43,578 bases of DNA, from positions 2,129,278-2,172,855 of the forward strand of contig CP070734.1 of NCBI GenBank assembly GCA_020347605.1. The letters run 5' to 3'. The position numbers and the translations under genes were made by a program. Shown piece by piece: positions 26,762 through 33,588 of this stretch. Below the pieces are notes generated by a model that saw only the letters and a list, made by a program, of their open reading frames with translations, ran no database searches and was not told the origin of the DNA. The DNA comes from Deltaproteobacteria bacterium (GTDB taxonomy: Bacteria; Myxococcota_A; UBA9160; G020347605). How positions within the stretch are numbered: position 1 is the first letter of the stretch; each line of letters begins with the position of its first letter.

Positions 26762-27011
26762 GGCGGCGGCCGGGCCCCCTCTCCCGAGCCTCGCGCGCGC
26801 CAGGGTACCCCACGTCGCGGTACGAGGGTCTCTCTAGGATAGTTGCGAAAAACCCTCGAAACTGGTGTAGGCTTGTCCGGTTGGGCGCGGCGGATCCCTC
26901 GGACGGGGCCGCTGCGACGACGCGCGCTGGCGAGGGGCCGCGCGTCACGATTCGTTCGGCGGGGCGCTCGGGATCGCCCCGGGATCAACTCGAGACACAG
27001 GAGAGTCCAAG

Positions 27012-27458
27012 ATGAGCATCACGCGGATCGCGCTTTCCCTGGTCGGATTCGGTGCGGGCCTCGGGCTCGCGAGCGCTGCGCTGGCGGGTCCGCCGCCGGC
27101 CACGGGGTGCGCGGCTGACTGGCCGAGCACCAGCATCACCACGATCGCGAAGGGCCAGTCGGCCAGCCAGAACGCCAAGATCTCGCACGCCATCACCGGC
27201 AACATCGTGGGTGGCGCCGCCGCCTACGGGGACACCGCGCACCGGATCAAGATCTGCTCCGGTACCGCGGTCGACATCGCGATCACGTGCAGCAGCGCGG
27301 GCTGCCCCACGACCGGCCCCACCATCACCAAGGAGGTGGGCGGCAGCTTCTGCAACAGCGCGGGGTGCACGGTCCCGTCCCTGGACGGCAAGTTCAAGTA
27401 CGTCGTGACCTCCGAAGACGGCAAGGACACGGACGCGGTGACGCTGCTCCCGCAGTAG
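27012..27458 (+). CDS. small secreted Cys-containing hypothetical protein ('AGPPP' N-terminus)
   Basis: ATG follows aggag. The signal peptide is MSITRIALSLVGFGAGLGLASAALA, followed by GPPPATGC. The mature part has 6 Cys. A strong hairpin follows the gene. Confidence 0.55.
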   Translation: MSITRIALSLVGFGAGLGLASAALAGPPPATGCAADWPSTSITTIAKGQSASQNAKISHAITGNIVGGAAAYGDTAHRIKICSGTAVDIAITCSSAGCPTTGPTITKEVGGSFCNSAGCTVPSLDGKFKYVVTSEDGKDTDAVTLLPQ

Positions 27459-27500
27459 TCCCCCTCCATCCCTCTCCGCGGCGATCGCCCGCGGAACAGG

Positions 27501-27528
27501 AGACGCCCCGGCTCCGGCCGGGGCGTCT
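27501..27528 (+). terminator. perfect 12-bp GC hairpin downstream of the small secreted-protein gene
   Basis: agacgccccggc - tccg - gccggggcgtct, 43 nt after the stop. No U-tract follows, which may be the norm at this GC content. Confidence 0.5.
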
Positions 27529-27651
27529 GCGTCTGGGTCCTCCGAGTCCCGCTCTCCCCGCGCGGCGCGCATGACCCCGGTCATACGGGTCCAATCGGCG
27601 ATGTGGCATCCAGTCCCGGGTCGGATGCCGAGCCAGCGAGGAGGGCGGAAC

Positions 27652-30420
27652 GTGGCCGAAACCCGGGGCCCCTGGGCCGACGCCTATCGGAAGAAGTGGA
27701 CCTGGGACAAGGTCGCCTGGGGAAGCCATGCGGTCGACTGCTACCCGGGCGGGTGTCCCTACCGGATCTACGTGAAGGACGGGCGCGTCGTCCGCGAGGA
27801 GCAGGCCGGCAGCTTCTCTCCGGTCGAGCGCGGCATTCCCGACATGAACCCGATGGGCTGCCAGAAGGGGGCCTGCTGGAGCCAGCTGCTCACGGCTCCG
27901 GATCGCGTCACGCACCCGCTGAGGCGCGTGGGGGAGCGCGGCGAGGGACGGTTCGAGCGCGTCTCCTGGGACGAGGCGTTCACCGACATCGCGGACGCGA
28001 TGCTCGACGCCCTGCAGGAGGACGGACCCGAATCGATCATCACGCTGATGACGCCCGAGCTCGGCGGCTCGCCCGCGCGCCTGTTCGCCGACGTGCTCGG
28101 TACGCCGACGACCGACGGCAACGCCGAGTTCCAGGACTTCAGCCCGGGCTGGCATTTGACCTGGGGCGTGTTCAACCCCACGGCCTCGATGGACGACTGG
28201 TTCCTGGCCGAGCTGACGCTGATCTGGCACGCCAATCCGGTCTACACGAACATCCACTGGTATCACTACGTCGCCGAGTCGCGCTACAACGGCGGCGAGG
28301 TCGTCACGATCTCGCCCGACTACAGCCCCTCTGCGATTCACGCCGACTACCACGTGCCGGTCCGGATCGGCAGCGACGCCGCGCTCGCGCTCTCGATGTG
28401 CCAGGTCATCGTCGACGGGAAGCTCTACGACCGCACCTTCGTACAGGAGCAGACCGACCTGCCGCTCCTGGTGCGCAAGGACACGGCCCGCTTCCTGCGC
28501 GGCAGCGAGGTCAACGAGGGCGACCGGGACGACCAGTTCTTCTGGCTGGATTCGCGCTCGCGGATCGTGACGCCCGCGCCGCGCGGTACGCTCGCGACCG
28601 GCGACGTGGATCCCGCGCTCGAGGGAAGCGCCACCGTGACGCTCAAGGACGGCACCCGCGTGGAGGTGGAGCCCGCCTTCGAGCGCCTCAAGCGGCGGCT
28701 CGAGGACTACGAGCCGGCGCGCGCGTCGAAGCTGTGCGGCGCGCATCCGGACGCGATTCGCAAGCTCGCGCGCAAGGTCGCCACGCGGCGCACCAAGATC
28801 TTCATCGGCTGGAATTCGGGCAAGTACTACCACGGGGACCTGATGGAGCGCTCGATGGCGCTGCTGCTCGGGCTCACCGGAAACTGGGGGCGCAAGGGAA
28901 CCGGCACGCGCTCCTGGGCGGTGGCGGGCTGGGACAGCTTCGTCTTCCTGTCGCAGAAGGCTCGGCCCGGTCAGGACGCCGCCCGCGAGTACCTGCAGAA
29001 CCTGGTGCAGATGCGTCGCCTGATCGCCCAGGACGACCCGACGCAGACGCTCGAGATGATCTCGAATCGCGCCGCCTCGATGAGTCCCGAGCTCAGCGGC
29101 ATGGGTCGCATGATGCCGCCGGCCTTCCTCTGGTACTACCGCTACGGCTATCGGGACCGCTGGAACGATCCGAAGAACCACGATCCCTCGATGAAGCGAA
29201 GCTTCGACGCGTACATGAACGAAGCGATCGAGAAGGGCTGGTGGGATGCCAGCTACGCCAAGGCCTACCAGGAGGTGTCGCCGCGCGTTTTGTTCGAGGC
29301 GGGTGGCAACATCCTGCGCCGGCAGCGCGGCGGACAGAAGCTCCTGCTCGAGAACCTCTGGCCGCAGCTGCGCATGATCGTGTCGGTGGACTTCCGGATC
29401 ACCACGACGGGGATGTACTCCGACTACATCCTGCCGGCGGCGCAGCACTACGAGAAGCTCGGCCAGAGCATGCCGTCGGTGCATCACCTCAACTGGGTGC
29501 TGTGCGATCGCGCGGTCGACCCGCCGGACGAAGCGCTCTCCGACAACGAGATCGGCCTGCGCCTGGTGGAGAAGCTCGAGGAGCGCGCGGCGGCGCGGGG
29601 CCTGACGGGCTTCACGGACCGCGCGGGCACGCCCCGCTCGCTCACGGGGCTCATGGCGCGTGCCACGCTGAACGGCGCCTTCCGGGACGAGGAGAAGATG
29701 TTCGACGAGGCGCTGCGCGACAGCGCGGCCTACGGGATCCTGCCGCCCGACGCGAGCCTCGACACGCTGCGCGAGAAGGGTCACCTGCGCTGGACCGCGT
29801 GGGGGATGATCGGCCACGGGCAGGCCCAGGCCTCGACGCTGCGGCCCGACGAAGTCCACAACCCGTTCCGCTGGCACACCGAGGAAAAGGTCCCGTACGC
29901 GACGCTCACCCGGCGCGCGCAGTACTACATCGACCACGAGTGGTTCCTCGAGGCCGGCGAGGAGCTTCCGATGCACAAGGAGCCGCCCGGCCAGGGCGGG
30001 CCCAAGCGGCGCTTCCAGCTGACCAGCGGCCACAACCGCTGGAGCATCCACTCGATGAACATGCCCAACCGGACCCTGCTCAACACGCATCGCGGCGAGC
30101 CGTTCGTGTTCCTGAACGATCGCGACGCGGCGGAGCTCGGCATCGAGGGCGGCGACAAGGTGCGCCTGTCGAGCGACGCGGGTGCCATGCTGCTGGTCGC
30201 GAAGCTCACGCCCGCCTGCCGACCGGGGCAGGTGATCCTCTACAACGGCTTCGAGCCCTACATGCACGAGCAGTGGTACAGCCAGTCGGACCTGGAGCCG
30301 GGACACGTCAAGTGGCTCGGGCTGGCGGGCGGCTACGGCCACCTCCAGTACCGGCCGCTGGCCTGGCAGCCGATCCCCGCCGATCGGGCCATCCGGGTGG
30401 ACGTCGCGAAGGCGGGCTGA
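27652..30420 (+). CDS. Mo-bisPGD oxidoreductase catalytic (alpha) subunit, type II DMSO-reductase family (NarG/EbdA/DdhA/SerA-like), no Tat signal
   Basis: AYRKKWTWDKVAWGSHAVDCYPGGCPYRIYVKDGRVVREEQ...(x34)...GCQKGAC is the N-terminal FS0 [4Fe-4S] motif. HPLRRVGERGEGRFERVSWDEA, ISPDYSPSA, and C-terminal GEPFVFLNDRDAAELGIEGGDKVRLSS (the Mo-pterin-binding beta-barrel) are also present. I prefer GTG 27652 because gaggagg (27638-27644) lies 7 nt upstream. In-frame ATGs at 27571 and 27601 are alternatives. Confidence 0.9.
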   Translation: MAETRGPWADAYRKKWTWDKVAWGSHAVDCYPGGCPYRIYVKDGRVVREEQAGSFSPVERGIPDMNPMGCQKGACWSQLLTAPDRVTHPLRRVGERGEGRFERVSWDEAFTDIADAMLDALQEDGPESIITLMTPELGGSPARLFADVLGTPTTDGNAEFQDFSPGWHLTWGVFNPTASMDDWFLAELTLIWHANPVYTNIHWYHYVAESRYNGGEVVTISPDYSPSAIHADYHVPVRIGSDAALALSMCQVIVDGKLYDRTFVQEQTDLPLLVRKDTARFLRGSEVNEGDRDDQFFWLDSRSRIVTPAPRGTLATGDVDPALEGSATVTLKDGTRVEVEPAFERLKRRLEDYEPARASKLCGAHPDAIRKLARKVATRRTKIFIGWNSGKYYHGDLMERSMALLLGLTGNWGRKGTGTRSWAVAGWDSFVFLSQKARPGQDAAREYLQNLVQMRRLIAQDDPTQTLEMISNRAASMSPELSGMGRMMPPAFLWYYRYGYRDRWNDPKNHDPSMKRSFDAYMNEAIEKGWWDASYAKAYQEVSPRVLFEAGGNILRRQRGGQKLLLENLWPQLRMIVSVDFRITTTGMYSDYILPAAQHYEKLGQSMPSVHHLNWVLCDRAVDPPDEALSDNEIGLRLVEKLEERAAARGLTGFTDRAGTPRSLTGLMARATLNGAFRDEEKMFDEALRDSAAYGILPPDASLDTLREKGHLRWTAWGMIGHGQAQASTLRPDEVHNPFRWHTEEKVPYATLTRRAQYYIDHEWFLEAGEELPMHKEPPGQGGPKRRFQLTSGHNRWSIHSMNMPNRTLLNTHRGEPFVFLNDRDAAELGIEGGDKVRLSSDAGAMLLVAKLTPACRPGQVILYNGFEPYMHEQWYSQSDLEPGHVKWLGLAGGYGHLQYRPLAWQPIPADRAIRVDVAKAG

Positions 30421-30477
30421 GACGCGTCCGGGAACGCACGCTCGCGGGAGCTTGCGTCAAGCGAGGAGCGAGATCCG

Positions 30478-31509
30478 ATGGGAAGCCTCACCGAGTCGAA
30501 GCGCCAGCTCGCCTGGGTATTCGATCTGAACAAATGCATCGGCTGCCAGACCTGCTCGGTCGCGTGCAAGGTGCTCTGGACCGAGGACGCGGGTGCGGAA
30601 CCGATGTGGTGGATGTCGGTGAACACGCAGCCGGGCCGTGGCACCCCGCGCGACTGGGAGAAGATGGGCGGCGGCTGGGACGACGGAAGGCCGGTGCTCG
30701 GCAAGCTCCCGACGCCGGAGGAGTTCGGCGGCGGCTGGGACTTCAACTACGACGAGGTGCTGCGGGGCGGGCGGGGGCGCGACGCGCACCTCACCAAGGT
30801 CGGCGGCAGCAAGACCTGGGGCATGAACTGGGACGAGGACGAGGGCGGCGGGGAGTTCCCGAACGCCTACTTCTTCTACCTGCCGCGCATGTGCAACCAC
30901 TGCAGCCGGCCCTCCTGCCTCGACGCGTGCCCGAACGACGCGCTCTTCAAGCGGGAGGAGGACGGCCTCGTGCTGCGCGACGAAGACCGCTGCAAGGGCG
31001 CGCAGAAGTGCGCGCGCGCCTGCCCGTACAAGAAGATCTACTTCAACGAGGCGCGCAAGGTGAGCCAGCACTGCATCGGTTGCTTCCCGCGCATCGAACA
31101 GGGTGTCGCGCCGGCGTGTGTTCGACAGTGCCCGGGGCGGGCCGCCTTCGTGGGGTTCCTCGACGATCCGGCCGGCGCGGTGGCGAAGCTGGTCCGTCAG
31201 TGGAACGTCGCGCTGCCGCTGCATCCGGAGTTCGGGACCCGGCCGAACGTGTACTACGTGCCCCCGCTCGCCCCCGCTCCGCTGCGCGAGGACGGCAGCT
31301 TCGACGAAGGGGGCTCGCGGATCCCACCCTCCTACCTCGAATCGCTGTTCGGAGAAGAGGTGCACGGCGCCCTCGACCTGCTGCGCACCGAGCTCGACAA
31401 GAAGCGCCGCGGGCAGGGCTCGGAGCTGCTGGACACGCTGATCCTGTACCGCTGGAAGGATGCGCTCGGGCACCTCGACCGCGACCCCGCGGAGATCGTC
31501 TGGGACTGA
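30478..31509 (+). CDS. iron-sulfur (beta) subunit of the type II Mo enzyme (NarH/EbdB/DdhB-like), 3x[4Fe-4S]+[3Fe-4S] pattern
   Basis: The four Cys groups are CIGCQTCSVAC, CNHCSRPSCLDACP, CKGAQKCARACP (second Cys missing, as in the [3Fe-4S] site) and CIGCFPRIEQGVAPACVRQCP. ATG follows gaggag. Confidence 0.9.
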   Translation: MGSLTESKRQLAWVFDLNKCIGCQTCSVACKVLWTEDAGAEPMWWMSVNTQPGRGTPRDWEKMGGGWDDGRPVLGKLPTPEEFGGGWDFNYDEVLRGGRGRDAHLTKVGGSKTWGMNWDEDEGGGEFPNAYFFYLPRMCNHCSRPSCLDACPNDALFKREEDGLVLRDEDRCKGAQKCARACPYKKIYFNEARKVSQHCIGCFPRIEQGVAPACVRQCPGRAAFVGFLDDPAGAVAKLVRQWNVALPLHPEFGTRPNVYYVPPLAPAPLREDGSFDEGGSRIPPSYLESLFGEEVHGALDLLRTELDKKRRGQGSELLDTLILYRWKDALGHLDRDPAEIVWD

Positions 31510-31524
31510 GATCCGGCGCCCGCG

Positions 31525-32130
31525 TCAGTCCGAGGCCCCGGCGCGCGGCGTGATGCCCTTCAAGACCAGCTCGATGGCGGGCCGGACGAGCTTCGGGTTG
31601 ATGCGCGCCCCGGCGAAGAAGACCCGCATGGCGATCGGCCCGAAGATCAGGTCGGCGACCAGCTCGAGATCCAGGTCGTCCCGCACCTCACCGCGCTCGA
31701 CGGCGCGCTCGAGCGCCCGGAGGACGGGCTTGCGCCGGCCGCGGAGGATCGGATCGATGAGCTCGGAGAGCTCCGGGTTGTGGGCGCGTTCGCCGGCCAG
31801 GCTGGGCATCACGGCAGCCAGGGGCGTGTCGTTCAGGATGCGCAGATAGCTCCCCAGCATCTGCTCGAGGTCCTCCACCAGGTCGCCGGTGTCCACCTCG
31901 GCGAGCCCCGGCAGCTGGCGGAAGGCCTCGATCACGAGGTGGAGCTTCGAGGGCCAGCGCCGGTAGATCGTGGCCTTTCCGACCCCGGCGCGCGTCGCCA
32001 CGCCTTCCACGGTCAGCCCCGAGAAGCCCGCCTCGACCAGCAGCGCCAGCGTCGCGTCGAGGATGGCCTGGTGGGCCTCCTCGCTCCGAGGCCGGCCGGC
32101 GCTCACGGGGGTCTGCGCGTTGGAGCTCAT
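31525..32130 (-). CDS. TetR/AcrR-family transcriptional regulator
   Basis: The N-terminal HTH is ILDATLALLVEAGFSGLTVEGVATRAGVGKATIYRRWPSK. 201 aa. The gene is convergent with the Mo-enzyme operon, with a 15-nt gap. Confidence 0.9.
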   Translation of the reverse strand: MSSNAQTPVSAGRPRSEEAHQAILDATLALLVEAGFSGLTVEGVATRAGVGKATIYRRWPSKLHLVIEAFRQLPGLAEVDTGDLVEDLEQMLGSYLRILNDTPLAAVMPSLAGERAHNPELSELIDPILRGRRKPVLRALERAVERGEVRDDLDLELVADLIFGPIAMRVFFAGARINPKLVRPAIELVLKGITPRAGASD

Positions 32131-32512
32131 CGGGACTCCCAGAACCGCACGCGGGCGGCGACCCGTCCGGATCCCGCGGAGGTCCCCTGGGATCCGATGT
32201 CCATTACGATACTAACCGTTCCGTTCAGGAGCTGCGCAGGCGCCGCGGCCTACCGCACGGGAAGCGGGATGGGGTGGAAAAGAATTTCCCTTCTGGTGGA
32301 AGCGGCGTCGCACGGGACCGACCGGGCTGGCTCCAGAGGCCTCCGCGCCGCTCCTGACGCCGTTCTACGCGTTGCGCGGCGGCGTGATTCTTGCAAAACG
32401 TAGACCGATCGGGTGGGCGACCCGTAAACCCGGACAGCCCGTCGCGCGGTTCGCCGCTGGGAGGAGATGCGGCCCAAACCTGGTTCGAGGCGCAAGCCGC
32501 GGAGGATACTTC

Positions 32513-33052
32513 GTGAGGAAAGCAATCTCGCTGGGCTCCGTGCCCGCTCTCTTGTTCGGTCTCGCGGTGGCCAACATCGCGGAGGCGGGTCCGCCGCCGG
32601 TGCAGAAGGAGTGCAGGCCGTTGGTGACGCGCCTCGCGACGCCGGGGAAGATCTCCCTAACGGGCGCCAAGGGCTTCCTGCTGACCAAGTCCGCCACCGT
32701 CAAGGGGACGCTGGTGAGCGACGAGACGGTGTGCCCCGACGGCGCGACCCGCGAGATGGAGGTCGACCTGGCCGTCATCAACAGCGCGAACCAGTTGATC
32801 TTCTCGGACACCATCGACATGGGTCGCAGCGGTGTGCTGCTCTACACCGAGGGCTCGAACACGGCCACCAAGTTCTTCGTGCCGTTCGACTCGAGTGCCT
32901 GCAACGGCGTCCCGGCGCCCGGCAGCGGCGTCACCACCGAGGGAACCCTGACCTACGTCGCGACGCCCCGGATCACCGAGGCGGGGCCGGATCAGGGCAA
33001 CATCGGGACGGAGACCAAGGTGATTCCGGTCTTCTGCAAGGCCGCGCGCTGA
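32513..33052 (+). CDS. small secreted hypothetical protein ('AGPPP' N-terminus, 4 Cys)
   Basis: GTG 32513 lies 6 nt after ggagga (32501-32506). The signal peptide is VRKAISLGSVPALLFGLAVANIAEA, followed by GPPPVQKEC. The 47 upstream codons of track ORF 32372-33052 are Arg/Gly-rich and probably non-coding. Confidence 0.55.
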   Translation: MRKAISLGSVPALLFGLAVANIAEAGPPPVQKECRPLVTRLATPGKISLTGAKGFLLTKSATVKGTLVSDETVCPDGATREMEVDLAVINSANQLIFSDTIDMGRSGVLLYTEGSNTATKFFVPFDSSACNGVPAPGSGVTTEGTLTYVATPRITEAGPDQGNIGTETKVIPVFCKAAR

Positions 33053-33081
33053 GCGGGCGGCTCCTCTCGTTCTGACCTGCG

Positions 33082-33110
33082 AGGGCGGCGGCCGATCCGG
33101 CTGCCGCCCT
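33082..33110. terminator. GC hairpin between convergent genes (possible bidirectional terminator)
   Basis: agggcggcggcc - gatcc - ggctgccgccct forms a 12-bp stem with one G.U pair on the plus-strand transcript (an A-C mismatch on the minus-strand transcript). It sits between the stops at 33052 (+) and 33154 (-). Confidence 0.4.
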
Positions 33111-33153
33111 TCGTGCGTCCGGGGCTCGGCGCCGGCGATCGCGCGCGGCGAGC

Positions 33154-33585
33154 CTAGGCCAGCACCCAGCGCGGCAGATGGATCGCGTCGCTCACGGGCT
33201 CGAAGACGACGCGGACCGCGGCGCCGATCTCGATCGTGGCCGGATCGACCTCGTCGATCGGACCGCCGGCGCGCGCCACCAGGTTGCCGACCAGCCGGAT
33301 CGTCGGATCCTCGTCGAGCGCCACCACGATCACGTTGTACGGCGCGAGCTCCGCAAACTGCGGCAGGAGCGGCGGATGGGGCACGACGAAGGACCAGATC
33401 GCGCCCCGGCCCGAAACCGCCGTCCAGACCGGCTCCGCGTGCGGGTCCCACGGGCTCATCGGGCGGGGGGGGAAGATCAGGCGACCGGTGACCGCACAGC
33501 GCTGGATGCGCAGCTCGCCGTTGCGCGCGCCCTCCCAGAAGGGCGCCGAGTCCGCATCCACCGGCGGCAGTAGCGGCTCGCTCAC
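33154..33585 (-). CDS. DUF35 (OB-fold / degenerate Zn-ribbon) acyl-CoA-associated protein
   Basis: GTG start. FWEGARNGELRIQRCAVTGRLIFPPRPMSP is the ribbon region, retaining only one Cys. It is followed by the OB-fold GAIWSFVVPH...APYNVIVVALDEDPTIRLVGNL. The gene sits 3 nt downstream of the thiolase-like gene, the classic pairing. Confidence 0.8.
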   Translation of the reverse strand: MSEPLLPPVDADSAPFWEGARNGELRIQRCAVTGRLIFPPRPMSPWDPHAEPVWTAVSGRGAIWSFVVPHPPLLPQFAELAPYNVIVVALDEDPTIRLVGNLVARAGGPIDEVDPATIEIGAAVRVVFEPVSDAIHLPRWVLA

Positions 33586-33588
33586 CGC

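Noticed and set aside
24853-26948. Extended N-termini of track ORFs 24853-25731 and 25191-26948. The same issue applies to 9819-11039, 16735-18552, 1833-3353, 10143-11177 and 32372-33052
   Set aside because: In each case the upstream portion is Arg/Gly/Pro-rich and overlaps the neighbouring gene out of frame. An internal ATG or GTG, with an SD-like site or start/stop overlap, gives a protein beginning at the conserved family N-terminus or at a signal peptide.
26762-27011. The A/T-richer stretch (about 26832-26880, ctctaggatagttgcgaaaaaccctcgaaactggtgtaggcttg) as defined divergent promoters
   Set aside because: TTGCGA-N17-TGTAGG and TATCCT (minus strand) are only weak matches with imperfect spacing. 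The region is a likely promoter zone, but I cannot pin down individual elements.
27012-27458. The small secreted protein upstream of the alpha subunit as the missing gamma (heme-b) subunit
   Set aside because: At 148 aa it is Cys-rich, has no resemblance to EbdC/DdhC-type gamma subunits as I recall them, and is separated from alpha by a strong hairpin. A periplasmic partner also makes little sense for an alpha subunit without a Tat signal.
27459-27651. Possible Moco riboswitch or other leader upstream of the molybdoenzyme
   Set aside because: I see only generic hairpins: 27501-27528 (terminator-like), ATGAC/GTCAT at about 27571-27584, and GGCATCC/GGATGCC at 27605-27629. I could not recognise the conserved Moco-RNA core. 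This needs an Rfam covariance-model scan (RF01055) to settle.
27394-31553. Long ORFs 27603-31553 (+, 1316 aa) and 27394-30342 (-, 982 aa) over the Mo-enzyme genes
   Set aside because: These are out-of-frame or antisense reads of the alpha and beta genes. They are Arg/Pro/Gly-rich and lack cofactor motifs, whereas frames 27652-30420 and 30478-31509 contain complete Fe-S and Mo-pterin family signatures.
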